This document shows, one piece after another, positions 53,979 through 64,000 of a stretch of 64,000 nucleotides of DNA (the first letter of the stretch is position 1; each line of letters begins with the position of its first letter). The translations under genes and the position numbers were made by a program. The DNA is from an uncultured Phycisphaerales bacterium. GTDB taxonomy: Bacteria > Planctomycetota > Phycisphaerae > Tepidisphaerales > Tepidisphaeraceae. The stretch covers positions 1,952,001 through 2,016,000 of the forward strand of contig CAVWLP010000002.1 of assembly GCA_963755915.1 (NCBI GenBank). The letters are read 5' to 3'. The notes below the pieces were generated by a model. That model was not told the origin of the DNA, did no database searches, and worked only from the letters and a program-made list of their open reading frames with translations.

Positions 53979-55805
53979 ATGATGATGAAAAAACCGCGAT
54001 CCATCGTTCTCCTCGCTCTCGCCTGCGTCTTTGCCACTATTTCCAGTGCCTTCGCGCAGGTGATGCAGCAGGTTCCCTCCAGCGCCCTGGTCGTTTTAAA
54101 GGTCAACAATCTCGATGCGACGAACAAGAAGGTCGCCAATCTCGCCGCGCTTCTGGGCCTCCAGCAGATGCTGCCGGACGCCGCCGACCCTCTCTCCGCG
54201 CTTCTGAAGCACATCGGCGTCACCGACGGCGTCAACCGCGACGGCGACCTCGCCTTCGCCTTTATCGACCCCGACGCCTCTCAGGTCGATAAGCAGCAGT
54301 CGATGCTCCTGCTGATCCCCGTTTCCGACTACCAGAAATTTGTCGGCAACTTCCCCGACGCCAAGCCGGACGGCGATCTGACGCAGGTTCATTTCCAACA
54401 GTCCAGCGAAACGACCTACCTTGCCCACTGGGGCAACTATGTGGCTGCGAGCCCGGCTCGCGCCGTCGTCGCGACGGCACCGGCTGACATCATTCAGGTC
54501 GACGGCCTCGCGGCCAAGGAGCTCGACTCCAAGGACGTGATCGCCCTGGTCAACTTCAAGGCTCTCCGCAGCAAGATGCTTGCCGGGATCGAGCAAGGCC
54601 GCCAATCGGCCGCCCCGGCAATCGACCAGCTCATTCAGCAGATCGCCCACATGCAGAATTTCGACGCCACCAAATTCGCCCCCGTCGCCAAGGTGATCGC
54701 CAACCAGTGCCTCGACGTCGCCCAGAAATTCGCCCAGAGCGCCGATGACGCCTGCCTGAGTTTCAACCTCTCCGGCGACGGCGTCGCCACTACCCTCTCC
54801 TGCCAGTTTACGCCCGACAGCTCCGGCGCGCAGTTCTTCGCCAACATCAAGAATTCGCAGGATTCCTTCCTCACCGGCCTGGCCGGCGGCAAATACCTTT
54901 TCTTCGGCGGTGGGGCGGGTCCCACTCCCGAAGCCAACAAGGGCCTGACCGATTTTCTGACCCCCGTTCAGAATTCCATCAACGAACTCGGCCCCGATTA
55001 CTCTTCGCTCAACGATTGGATCATCGGCCTCGAAAAGCTCTCCGCCGCTTCCGGTGAATCCACCATGGGCCTTCTGTGCCCCAGCGCCCAGCCTGGCGCG
55101 GGGCCGCTCGTGCAGTTCGTCAACGTCCGCCAGGGCGACGCCAAGACCATGCTCGACGCCTTCCGCCAGATGGCCGACGACCAGCAGGCAGCGATGAAGG
55201 CTCTCGGTCTCGGCCAGGCCGCCAGCACCCAGACTTTCACCCGCGATTCCAAGACCGTCGATGGCGTCAGTTTCGACGAAATGAAAAGCCAGATCCCCCT
55301 CAACGGCAACAACCCCGGCCAGATGCAGGCCATGCAGCTCATCAGCATGATCTATGGCCCGCAGGGCCCCGACGCCTTCACCGGCGTGGTCAATGACCAG
55401 AACATGCTCACGGTGATGGGCCTCGACGACGCCGGCATCAGCGCCGCCATCGCCGCCGTCAAGGCCGGCGACGATCCGATGGCCAAGCTCCCCTCCGTTA
55501 AAGCCGTCTCCTCGCAGCTTCCCACCGATCGTTTCGCGGCGGTCTATATCCCCCTGGATCTGTGGGCCACCACCGGTTTCGGATATGCCAAGATGTTCGG
55601 CATCGACATGGGCGTCACCATGCCGGAAAACCTTCCGCCCCTTGGCATAACCCTCTCCACCGACGGCCCGGCGGTACGGGTGGACAGCTTCATGCCCTCG
55701 CAGCTCCTTCAGGCCATCGCCGCCGCGGGAATGCAGGTTTATCTCAAAACGCAGACTCCCCAGCAGCCCCCGCCAGGCGGTGGGCCGGCGCCGGGCGGGC
55801 TGTAA
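53979..55805 (+). CDS. Secreted hypothetical protein
   Basis: Signal peptide ending AFA; 608 aa with host-like codon usage; terminator follows. Confidence 0.8.
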   Translation: MMMKKPRSIVLLALACVFATISSAFAQVMQQVPSSALVVLKVNNLDATNKKVANLAALLGLQQMLPDAADPLSALLKHIGVTDGVNRDGDLAFAFIDPDASQVDKQQSMLLLIPVSDYQKFVGNFPDAKPDGDLTQVHFQQSSETTYLAHWGNYVAASPARAVVATAPADIIQVDGLAAKELDSKDVIALVNFKALRSKMLAGIEQGRQSAAPAIDQLIQQIAHMQNFDATKFAPVAKVIANQCLDVAQKFAQSADDACLSFNLSGDGVATTLSCQFTPDSSGAQFFANIKNSQDSFLTGLAGGKYLFFGGGAGPTPEANKGLTDFLTPVQNSINELGPDYSSLNDWIIGLEKLSAASGESTMGLLCPSAQPGAGPLVQFVNVRQGDAKTMLDAFRQMADDQQAAMKALGLGQAASTQTFTRDSKTVDGVSFDEMKSQIPLNGNNPGQMQAMQLISMIYGPQGPDAFTGVVNDQNMLTVMGLDDAGISAAIAAVKAGDDPMAKLPSVKAVSSQLPTDRFAAVYIPLDLWATTGFGYAKMFGIDMGVTMPENLPPLGITLSTDGPAVRVDSFMPSQLLQAIAAAGMQVYLKTQTPQQPPPGGGPAPGGL

Positions 55806-55842
55806 ACGCTTCCTTTCCGGCAGCGCAAATTGAATTTGCATC

Positions 55843-55879
55843 AAAGCCCCAGGATTGCGATCCTGGGGCTTTCTTTTTT
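55843..55879 (+). terminator. Rho-independent terminator
   Basis: AAAGCCCCAGGAT-TGCG-ATCCTGGGGCTTT followed by a T-run. Confidence 0.85.
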
Positions 55880-56140
55880 CGTAAGTGTACAACCCCCACG
55901 AATGCTGATTGAGGGGGCCCTGGACATCCACGACACCATTCGCACCGCTCGGAAACCCGCTTCGCACACCCTGTAAACCCGCCGGCCCGGTTCAGCAAAA
56001 AATTTTCGAAAAATAATTCCGCGATTTTTCCAAAATAGGTCCAAAACGTACACCTTTTGGACCCATATATAGCGGGGCGCTGTTTTCGCTATCGCGCAAG
56101 ACGCTGGTCCCCGTAATCCCCAATCACCCAGGAGCTTGCC

Positions 56141-57781
56141 ATGACGACGCAGCACCGGTCCGCGCAATTCGTGTCACCTCGCTTCGCACGCCCTCCTCGA
56201 AGGAAGCGCGCGCACGCCGCAGAGCGGCTCCCGCGCCGTCAGTCCGGTCAATCCGCATGCAATCATCGACCTCACGCTCAAGCTCCGCCGCCGGCGCCCG
56301 CTTCCCGAACTGACCACCCGTCCCGCTGCCCACATGACGCACGACCAGCTCGCCGCCGACTTTGGCGCCTCTGCCGCCGACCTGCAAACCGTCGCCGATT
56401 CACTTAAAAACCGCGGCCTGCAAATCACCGCGGCCAATCCGCTCACGCGCACCGTCCGAGTCTGCGGCCCCGCCGCCGCCGTCGAAAGGGTCTTCCTGGT
56501 CAAACTCTTCAACTACGTCCACGCCTCCGGCAATTACCGCGGCCGCGTCGGCCACATCCATGTTCCCGCCGAGCTTCACGGCATCGTCCAGGCTGTCTTC
56601 GGCCTCGACACGCGCCGGGTCGCCCGCCGCGCGCGACGCCCCGCGCAAAATTCGGCTCACCATCGCCGAGTCGCTTCATCCTGCTATCTCCCCGCCCAGC
56701 TCGCCGCCCACTACAACTTTCCTCCCGGCGACGGCGCCGGCCAGTGCGCCGCCATCCTCGAATTCGGCGGCGGATATTTCCCCAGCGACTTGCAGCAATT
56801 CTGCCAACTCGCGGGAATCTTGACGCCCGAAGTTACCCCCATCAGCGTCGACGGCTCCTCCACCTCCGCCCGCGACGGCGCTGAAGGCGAAGTCATGCTC
56901 GACATTGAAGTCGTCGCCGGCGTTTGCCCGAAATCTTCCATCGCCGTCTATTTCGCACAGTGGACGGAGCAAGGCTGGATCACCGCGCTCGACGCCGCCG
57001 TTCACGACGCCGCCAATTCCCCCGGCGTCATCTCCATCAGTTGGGGCGCGCCCGAAGACACTGACATCTGGACGCCACAAGCCATGAGCCAGATCAACGA
57101 AACGCTGATGGAAGCCGCGCATCTCGGCATCACCGTCTGCGTCGCCGCTGGCGACGATGGCTCCAGCGACGCCGACCCCGACGGCCGCGCCCACCTCGAC
57201 TTCCCCGCCTCCAGCCCTTACGTCCTTTCCATCGGCGGAACCACCATCACCCAGATCGCCCAGCTCCAGCCCGACATCGGCTGGTTCGAAGGCGACGGAC
57301 TGCGCGAAAACGACGGCGGCAGCGGCGGTGGGGGGGTCAGCGCCGTCTTCCCCCGTCCCCAGTGGCAATCCGCCGTCACCATCCCCTCCGTCAATCCCGG
57401 CGCAATAGCCGGCCGTGTGATTCCCGATCTTTCCGCCAACGCCGACTGGAACGCCTCCCCGTATCTTCTCGTCGTCGATGGCCAGCCCCAGCCCAACGGC
57501 GGCACCAGCGCCGCAACTCCACTCGTCGCCGCGCTGATTACTCTCATCAACGCCGGGCGGCGCCCGGCCAGCGCGTCGGCTATCTCACGCCGCTGCTCTA
57601 CCAATCCCAATTTGGTGACGGCCGAGTGCTCGGCATCGTCGCCTGCACCGATGTCGTCACCGGCAACAACAAAACCGCCTATGCCGGCGGATACTCCGCG
57701 CAGATAGGCTACGACGCCGACTCGGGATGGGGAACCCCAAACGGTGCCAGCCTCCTGGCCGCGCTCGAGCAAATCACCTGA
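56141..57781 (+). CDS. S53 family (kumamolisin/sedolisin) peptidase; frameshifts near the 5' end and ~57565
   Basis: EVMLDIE, SISWG, AAGDDG, PASSP, GGTSAATP, DVVTGNN..GYDADSGWGTP; start approximate. Confidence 0.88.
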
Positions 57782-57795
57782 CCCATCCCGTCGAA

Positions 57796-58186
57796 TTACC
57801 TCATTGGCTCGCTTGCACCCCTGGGATCGACGTCTCCTTGAACACAGAACTGGCCGGCAGCGCACCCGTTCCACGCAGAAAATCCAGCGCAAGCTTCATC
57901 AGAAATCGATCGGTGATCTCCTCCCCTTGAACGAATAATGCACCGAATCCATATAGTCCGCGTCAGGGACCGACCGGCTGTAGTCCAGCAGCGGAATCTG
58001 TCGCTGCGCATAGATCCGCCGCATCTCATCCGAAAACGCTTCCGCGGGCGCGCCTTCGGTCCAGCTTCCTCGCGGCAGCAATATGCCGATCACTTTCACA
58101 CCCCGCGCCTTCAGATCGTCCAGCAGCCCCTGCCAGCTCGGACGCAGTCTGTCCTTCATCGGGTGACGGAACATTCTCAGATTCAC
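57796..58186 (-). pseudogene. Fragment of an SGNH/DltD-like protein
   Basis: VIGILLP...LLDYS...DYMDSVHYSFKG (DxxH) with no N-terminal part. Confidence 0.45.
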
Positions 58187-58365
58187 CTTCGCATCGGCGC
58201 AAACCGGATCCCAAACCGCTTCTCAATCGCGATCATGAGATTGATCGTCATCATCGAATCCCACCCATCGATATCCGCCGCCGTCGTCTCCCGGGCCAGA
58301 GTGATTTCGTCATCGCCAAACACCCGGCAGAAAACCTCCTGAAGCTGTCCGAGAGTATCACTCAT
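58183..58365 (-). pseudogene. Acyl carrier protein, C-terminally truncated or shifted
   Basis: TTAADIDGWDSMMTINLMIAIEKRFGIRF (WDS attachment motif); final helix missing. Confidence 0.7.
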
Positions 58366-58510
58366 GCCGTTCGCTCCACGCGAATAAACGTCTCTGCCGG
58401 GTTAAAACCCGCCAAATCCACAGCCGGTAAAGCTTCTCGCCGCTTTCCAGCCCAAATTGCGCCCCGCCCCGCGATATAATGCCGACCATCGCCACCGACG
58501 AAACCTTCAA

Positions 58511-59548
58511 ATGCCCCGCGTAACCTGCTGGCTCGACCGCGACCACATCTTCTATCACACCGCCCGGTGGCTCTCCGGCTTCTGGCTCCTCCATCAATCC
58601 GGAGAAATCTCTCTCCGCTTCCTCATTCGCCCCAATCGCGCTCCCGCCGACGAACCGACCGATTCCATCCTCTCCTTCGAGATCGACTCCGCCGGCAAAA
58701 CCCGCCGCGTCGTCACCGATTTCCGCGACCGTTCCGACCTGTTTTCTCTGGACGCCCTCGGCAACTGTGACGTCTATTTCAAGCGCAGCTACTACGCCTC
58801 CGACCTCCCCTCTTCCCAGGCTCCCAAGATTCTCCCCCTCGGGCTCAACTTTACCTGCCGCGCCCCCGGCCTGACCACCGCCTTATGCCGTGCGCAAATC
58901 CCCCATCTCATCTCTTCGCCGCCGACGTTCTTCTCCTGGCTCCGCCGCCAATTCCGCTGTCTCTCCGTTGTCCCGCCCCAGCGCGCCCTCGAACGCGCTC
59001 CCACACAACCCGCTATCCCCGCGGTTATCTTCCAAACCCGCCTCTGGGAAGAATCCGACGTCGGCCCAACCGCCGCCGAAATCAATCAATCCCGCGTCTC
59101 CATCCTCCGCGCCCTCCGCGAATCCCTCGGCCCCCAATTCCATGGCGGACTCGTCCCCACGCCCCTCGCCAAACGAAATTTCCCCGACCTCCTCGCCCCT
59201 GCCGGCGGACAAAAATCCAAATACCTCAAAACCGCCCAATCCCGCCTCGTTGGCGTCTACACCGAAGGCCTCCACCATTCCACCGCCTGGAAACTCGGCG
59301 AATACATCGCCGCTTCCCAATGCATTGCCGCCGAAAAACCGCGCAACGCCCTCCCAAAAAAACTCATCGAAGGAACACATTACCTCCCTTTCTCCACCCC
59401 TGAAGAGTGCGTTGCCGCTTGCCGCCGACTGCTCAATGACGAATCCCTCGCACAATCGATGCGCCGGGAAAATCACACATATTACGTCGAAGAACTCGCC
59501 CCCGATGCCTGGGTGCGCAACCGCATCAAAGAAGCTCTCTCCGTCTAG
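58511..59548 (+). CDS. Putative glycosyltransferase-like protein (GT-B C-terminal domain)
   Basis: YFKRSY; WKLGEYIAASQCI; EGTHYLPF...CRRLLND...MRRENH.YY. Confidence 0.6.
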   Translation: MPRVTCWLDRDHIFYHTARWLSGFWLLHQSGEISLRFLIRPNRAPADEPTDSILSFEIDSAGKTRRVVTDFRDRSDLFSLDALGNCDVYFKRSYYASDLPSSQAPKILPLGLNFTCRAPGLTTALCRAQIPHLISSPPTFFSWLRRQFRCLSVVPPQRALERAPTQPAIPAVIFQTRLWEESDVGPTAAEINQSRVSILRALRESLGPQFHGGLVPTPLAKRNFPDLLAPAGGQKSKYLKTAQSRLVGVYTEGLHHSTAWKLGEYIAASQCIAAEKPRNALPKKLIEGTHYLPFSTPEECVAACRRLLNDESLAQSMRRENHTYYVEELAPDAWVRNRIKEALSV

Positions 59549-59579
59549 CCGCAAATTTGCTCAACGCCCGCCCGCCCCG

Positions 59580-60206
59580 TTACCTCTCCTCCACAATCTC
59601 CCCCCGCGTCGATTCCACAATCGCCAGCAGCTCTTTCTGTTCTGTATTCGCAACCTGCATTTTATCCAGCGTCGCCTTCAAATCTCCCACGCTCGCGTCA
59701 AATTCATCGTTGCTAATATGCATGTCCGTATGCGCCGACTTGATCTCCTGTCCCTGGTATTGCGCCGGCCCTCCGCTCGCCAGCGCGAGAAACTGTGCGA
59801 AATGCAGCTTCAACGTCTTTACATTATCCTGATTCGCGTCCCACTGCATCGACCGATCGTGATGAATGCTCAGCCCGCCCTGCACCACGCCCTGACGCGT
59901 GAAATTCACCCGCGGATCCGCCAGCATTCGCGACACCCAGTCATCCGTTATCGCCTGCACCCCCTGCATCCCTCCCAGCCGGTCAAACAGCGACTTCTTC
60001 GTCCCCGACAGCGCCGATCCCGAATCCCCTCCACCCGTTAATTGCTGCGCCTGCGCCATCCGCTGATCCGCACGCTCGTCCGCCTCCTTGTTTCCCGAGG
60101 TATAGAAATTCTTGTTGGGCGTCTCATCGCTCCCGCACCCCCCGGCCAATTGCAACGCCGGCAGCAGCAGCAAGAACAGAACGCTTATCTTCATCACACC
60201 GCTCAT
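59580..60206 (-). CDS. Group 1 truncated hemoglobin with lipoprotein signal
   Basis: Lipobox AGGC; SLFDRLGG, LADPRV, GGPAQYQG, AHTDMHISNDEF. Confidence 0.88.
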   Translation of the reverse strand: MSGVMKISVLFLLLLPALQLAGGCGSDETPNKNFYTSGNKEADERADQRMAQAQQLTGGGDSGSALSGTKKSLFDRLGGMQGVQAITDDWVSRMLADPRVNFTRQGVVQGGLSIHHDRSMQWDANQDNVKTLKLHFAQFLALASGGPAQYQGQEIKSAHTDMHISNDEFDASVGDLKATLDKMQVANTEQKELLAIVESTRGEIVEER

Positions 60207-61447
60207 GGCTGATCTCCGACAGAATCCGGTCCCGTGATCGACCCCGGCTCAAACTCCATCCCGTCATACGAGTTCGATCCGTCTTCCAGCCGCGGCAAAT
60301 ACGCTCGTATAAACGCATTCCTCAGCACGTTTCCCACCATCGCCAGAATATCCCCCTTCGGCTTGCTCAAATCCCCCGTAAACGGAACGTACGTTCCAAA
60401 TTGATTCCGCTGCTGGTTCTTAAACACGCCTGTCGTCACCCCCAGCAGCGCCTGCCAGAAAAATTGCAACGGATCCTTGTCCCCCTTCACGTCCTCCACC
60501 AGATCAAAAACCGTCAAATCCCGAAACAGCGGCTTCACATACCCCTGGATTTCCCCCGCATGCGCCTGCGCCTCCACCACCAAATCAAACCACCCGTGCT
60601 TAAAATCAAACCGCCCATAAGTCATCGTCAGCGCGTTCAGCGTCGTCACGTCCAGCCCGATCAGCCGTGCCGCCATCTCAAAATGCGGGTTGTACGAAAA
60701 CGGATCCAGCTTCATATTGAATTCAAACTCCGCCTGATCCATCGCCATTCCCTTCGCGTGAATCGTCGTCAGCAGCTCCGCCGTCCGGCCTCGGATATTC
60801 GTCAAATCGTCAACTGTCCCTTCAAGCTGGTCCAGATAGATATCCACCGGCGTAGCTCGCCGGTAACTGTGAAAATGAATCGACCCGTCATGCATCTCCA
60901 ACCGGTTCAGATCAAACGGAAATAGCGCCCGCAGCATCGCCAGCCACGGACCCCCAGCGCCCGTCTGCCCCTCCGAATCATCGGATGAGTCGACAAAATT
61001 CACCTCCGGCTCCTGCATCGTTACCTCCCCCACGATCTTTCCATCCAGCACCGCGTTCCACTGCACCGCCAACTCCAGCCGCTTGCACTTAAACAGCGGC
61101 TCCGGCACCTCGCCGTTGGTCTTGAAGATCCGCACGTCATCGATCGAATACGCCCCCCGCCAGAGATCCAAGGTCACATCCCCAATCCGCCCCTCATACA
61201 AAACGCTCTGGCTCAGCGTCTTGTTGACATACCACCTGACTGCCCAAGGCAGCATCGGCCTTATGCAAACAATCACCCCCACCATCCCCAGCCCCAAATA
61301 CAGAATCGCGCGAACCCACCTCCGTCGCTTGCGCGGAACACGCTTCTGATCGCTTCCCGCCGCGGCTTCCACCTCGCTTTTGTCAATCGACTTGAACATG
61401 AGCAACGTCTTTGAAGCACCATATTGTTTCCGCTTCAAACCGGTCAA
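60203..61447 (-). CDS. DUF748/AsmA-like protein
   Basis: N-terminal TM; G.IGDV.L.LWRGAY, YGRFDF..G, GYVKPLF, VLRNAFI. Confidence 0.75.
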   Translation of the reverse strand: MTGLKRKQYGASKTLLMFKSIDKSEVEAAAGSDQKRVPRKRRRWVRAILYLGLGMVGVIVCIRPMLPWAVRWYVNKTLSQSVLYEGRIGDVTLDLWRGAYSIDDVRIFKTNGEVPEPLFKCKRLELAVQWNAVLDGKIVGEVTMQEPEVNFVDSSDDSEGQTGAGGPWLAMLRALFPFDLNRLEMHDGSIHFHSYRRATPVDIYLDQLEGTVDDLTNIRGRTAELLTTIHAKGMAMDQAEFEFNMKLDPFSYNPHFEMAARLIGLDVTTLNALTMTYGRFDFKHGWFDLVVEAQAHAGEIQGYVKPLFRDLTVFDLVEDVKGDKDPLQFFWQALLGVTTGVFKNQQRNQFGTYVPFTGDLSKPKGDILAMVGNVLRNAFIRAYLPRLEDGSNSYDGMEFEPGSITGPDSVGDQP

Positions 61448-61528
61448 CGCCCAATATTTCAGCCAAATTTCCGGTATCTGGTCATTGCCGACCCCATCCT
61501 ATAAAATCGCGCCCCAGCAAAGCCCCCG

Positions 61529-61615
61529 GGAGGAGTGGCAGAGTGGTCGAATGCGCCGGTCTTGAAAACCGGTGGGCCCGCAAGGGTCCCGTGAGTTCGA
61601 ATCTCACCTCCTCCG
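61529..61615 (+). tRNA. tRNA-Ser (anticodon TGA)
   Basis: Acceptor GGAGGAG/CTCCTCC + G discriminator; anticodon arm CCGGT-CTTGAAA-ACCGG; long variable arm; T-loop GTTCGAATC; CCA not encoded. Confidence 0.96.
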
Positions 61616-61709
61616 TTTTTTGGCCCCGCCAAAAAACAGAGTCCCGATCTATCGGGACGGTCTACTGCTCCACTGTTCTACTGCTCAAATTCGCGCACCA
61701 GGTCCTCCA

Positions 61710-62012
61710 TTGCAACAAATCCCCATCCGCCTGAGCCCCGATTGCGATCCCAGCCAAATCGCTGATTCCGTCGACCGCGCGATTACCGACCTCGGCCTAA
61801 CCACCACTCTGCGCACGACGCTCAAATCTTATCCCGGCTGCATCCACTGGCACGTCAAGCGCAACCGCGAACCCGGAACCCTCGAGATCACTTTATGGCC
61901 ACAGGAAAACCGCGCATGGTTCACCATCCAGTCCGGCCGGAAAGGCCCCTGGATTAAGCAGTGTCTCGATCCGCTTCAATCCGCAATCCGCCGCCGATCC
62001 CGCGGCGTCTAG
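61710..62012 (+). CDS. Small hypothetical protein
   Basis: Globular-looking ORF (TLKSYPGCIHWH...GTLEITLWP); TTG start assumed. Confidence 0.55.
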   Translation: MQQIPIRLSPDCDPSQIADSVDRAITDLGLTTTLRTTLKSYPGCIHWHVKRNREPGTLEITLWPQENRAWFTIQSGRKGPWIKQCLDPLQSAIRRRSRGV

Positions 62013-62740
62013 ATCAAGCCACCGAGCATCCCCACTCCCCATATCACCGCCAAAACTCCAGCTCCCCTCACCACATACTTCGGCTCCGGCAACAATTTCT
62101 CCATCGCAATAAGAACGGTAATCATCCCAATCACCACCGGATTCATCATCCCCAGCGCCAGAAGAATCAGCGTGGGCCCAAAGCAGCTCGTGACGCAGCA
62201 CAACCCGCATTCAATCCCGCGCGTCCACGCAGATTTCGATTCTCCACACTTTTCGCCGCACCGGCAACGCGAAAGCGCCCTTGCCTTCCACGGCATAAAC
62301 TGCATCGCCCCCGCAATCACCAGCGTTAGACCCATTACATCCGGCACCGCCCGGCTCACCGATTCCCACCTCATCGCCGCCATCCCCAGGATCACGCCCG
62401 GCAAATAAACCGCCACTCCCGCTGCGCTCCACACAAAAAAATACCCCGCCGCAACCAGCCCCGTCGCTGCCCACGTCCCACGATGCCGCCGCAGCATCGG
62501 CACCGCCGACGGCAGCATCATCGCCACCATCATCGCCACCCACATCCCCATGAACATCGCCCCCGCGCCTGCCCAGCTCTGCCCCGGCATACGCATCCAC
62601 ATCATCGACATCGTCCAGCCCCCGCTCATCTCCATCCCCCCCGACATCGAGTGGCAAAAATAGAGGGTGATCCCCGCGCATACCGCGAAGACCGCAGTTA
62701 CCACCGCGTAAAGCCGAGAATCGCCCGTTTCATCCGCCAT
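62009..62740 (-). CDS. DUF2182 putative metal-binding membrane protein
   Basis: Met-rich, WVAMMVAMMLPS, QFMPWK..L.RC, GLCCVTSC, LIAMEKL. Confidence 0.88.
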   Translation of the reverse strand: MADETGDSRLYAVVTAVFAVCAGITLYFCHSMSGGMEMSGGWTMSMMWMRMPGQSWAGAGAMFMGMWVAMMVAMMLPSAVPMLRRHRGTWAATGLVAAGYFFVWSAAGVAVYLPGVILGMAAMRWESVSRAVPDVMGLTLVIAGAMQFMPWKARALSRCRCGEKCGESKSAWTRGIECGLCCVTSCFGPTLILLALGMMNPVVIGMITVLIAMEKLLPEPKYVVRGAGVLAVIWGVGMLGGLI

Positions 62741-62816
62741 CAGATGCCGGCCCTTAAATACCCCCCGTCGCCATTCCCTTTGCAATCCTATAATATGTTT
62801 CAAGGAGCATCTAATT

Positions 62817-63887
62817 TTGCTGCTCAAGATCGCAGAAATTCCCTCCACCATCTTCACCCCGCTTGCCGCGGGCCCGGCCGATATCTCCTCGGTCAAGGTT
62901 CTCCGCATCAGCATTACCGACCGCTGCAACTATCGCTGCCTTTACTGCATGCCCGAAGAGGGCGTCCCCTGGCTGCCCCGATTTGAAATCCTCACCTTCG
63001 AGGAAATCGCCCAGGTTGTCCGCGCCGCCGTTCACGTTCACGGCATCCGCCGCTTCAAGCTCACCGGTGGCGAGCCTACCGTCCGCAACGGCCTGGTTGA
63101 TCTCGTCAAAATGCTCCGCCGGATCAACGGCGTCGAAGACCTCTCCCTCACCACCAACGGCCAGCTCCTCGCCAATCTGGCAGAGCCCCTCCGCTCCGCT
63201 GGTCTCGACAGAATCACCGTCAGCATCGACAGCCTCGATCCCAATCGCTTTAAAAAGATAACCCGCACCGGCGATCTCTCCGCCGTCCTCCGCGGCCTCG
63301 ACCGCGCCGAAGAAGTCGGCCTTTCCCCCATCAAAATCAATTGCGTCACCATGCGCGGCATCAACGACGCCGAACTCCCCGATTTCGCCCGCCTGACTCT
63401 CAACCGCCGCGTCACCGTCCGCTTCATCGAATACATGCCCCTCGGCGATTCGGCCATAGGTCCAGCCGCCGGCTGCGAGGGCCAGGAGCGCGGACGCGAC
63501 ACCCTCATCCCCGAATCCGAAACCCGCGAAATCATCGAGCGCGAATTGGGCCCGCTCGAACCCGTCGATCGCCGATCCGAACCCGGCGTAGGCCCCGCCA
63601 CCGTCTGGCGTCTCTCCCGCGGAAATCCCATCGGCCGCATCGGCTTTATCAGCGCCATGTCCGCCCCATTCTGCTCCACCTGCAACCGCCTCCGCCTCAC
63701 CGCCGACGGCCTTCTCCGCTCCTGCCTCTTCGACGGCGGCGAAGTCGATGTCAAATCCATTCTCCGCGATCCCGCCGTCGGGTCTCCCCTCGCCGCGCTG
63801 GGCGATGCCATGACCCGCTGCGTCCGCCTAAAGCCACAGGTCCATTCCTATCACGGTAACAAGCAGATGAGCCGCATCGGCGGATAG
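62817..63887 (+). CDS. moaA: GTP 3',8-cyclase MoaA
   Basis: LRISITDRCNYRCLYCMP, TGGEP, RFIEYMP, FCSTCNRLRLTADG..RSCLF, C-terminal MSRIGG. Confidence 0.96.
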   Translation: MLLKIAEIPSTIFTPLAAGPADISSVKVLRISITDRCNYRCLYCMPEEGVPWLPRFEILTFEEIAQVVRAAVHVHGIRRFKLTGGEPTVRNGLVDLVKMLRRINGVEDLSLTTNGQLLANLAEPLRSAGLDRITVSIDSLDPNRFKKITRTGDLSAVLRGLDRAEEVGLSPIKINCVTMRGINDAELPDFARLTLNRRVTVRFIEYMPLGDSAIGPAAGCEGQERGRDTLIPESETREIIERELGPLEPVDRRSEPGVGPATVWRLSRGNPIGRIGFISAMSAPFCSTCNRLRLTADGLLRSCLFDGGEVDVKSILRDPAVGSPLAALGDAMTRCVRLKPQVHSYHGNKQMSRIGG

Positions 63888-64000
63888 AATCCCTTCACTC
63901 GATGCCCAAGCAACGCAACGATCTGATCGACCGCCTCCAGTATTTCGCCCTGCGCTTCGTCGCCATGGTCATGCACTGGTTTCCCGTCAATCTCAACCTC

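Noticed and set aside
54096-55967. Long antisense ORFs (also 50233..51873, 42442..43758, 37826..38980)
   Set aside because: Shadow frames of GC-rich genes on the opposite strand, with no motifs of their own
20385-57781. Frameshifts near 22020, 25170, 29920, 46190-46600, 48760, 51690, 52390 and 57565 as programmed frameshifting or mass pseudogenisation
   Set aside because: They are scattered over unrelated, otherwise intact genes with no shared slippery motif that I could see; sequencing or assembly indels are the simpler explanation, though this needs reads to confirm
61529-61615. tRNA-Ser as the integration site of the left-hand island
   Set aside because: No duplicate of its 3' end was noticed in the window, it is ~59 kb from the integrase, and its neighbours look like core genes

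Overview
64-kb bacterial window, most likely from a planctomycete (Phycisphaerae/Tepidisphaerales-like). This is inferred from four PEP-CTERM proteins, an ECF sigma factor with a long C-terminal extension and GC-rich coding style. The left ~20 kb is a visibly more AT-rich, decaying genomic island. It holds a tyrosine recombinase, DUF3800, a Rep-like/RHH pair, PEP-CTERM genes, a minus-strand operon (TPR-like, DUF1573, secreted 8-Cys peptide, exported protein, MauE/DoxX), a broken CARF-like sigma-54 activator and three IS21 elements, each with TG...CA ends and a 6-bp target duplication. The rest carries a transglutaminase / circularly permuted ATP-grasp / alpha-E operon and a cus-type efflux block flanked by a 135-bp duplication of the transglutaminase gene's 3' end. 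It also has a DUF6036 nucleotidyltransferase pair, two IS4 elements, M32 carboxypeptidase, eutBC, phasin-like + UbiB kinase, PEP-CTERM pectate lyase and GH28, S53 peptidase, a lipoprotein globin, tRNA-Ser(TGA) and moaA. Many ordinary genes have isolated frameshifts, which look like assembly indels. Best leads: (1) the Cys-rich peptide/DUF1573/MauE operon; (2) a 52-nt hairpin-rich element with a compensatory change at the end of istB in all three IS21 elements; (3) the cus block inserted into a protein-coding gene's 3' end; (4) a ~150-bp intergenic repeat bracketing a 16-kb block. All family assignments come from motif recognition by eye; no database searches were run.
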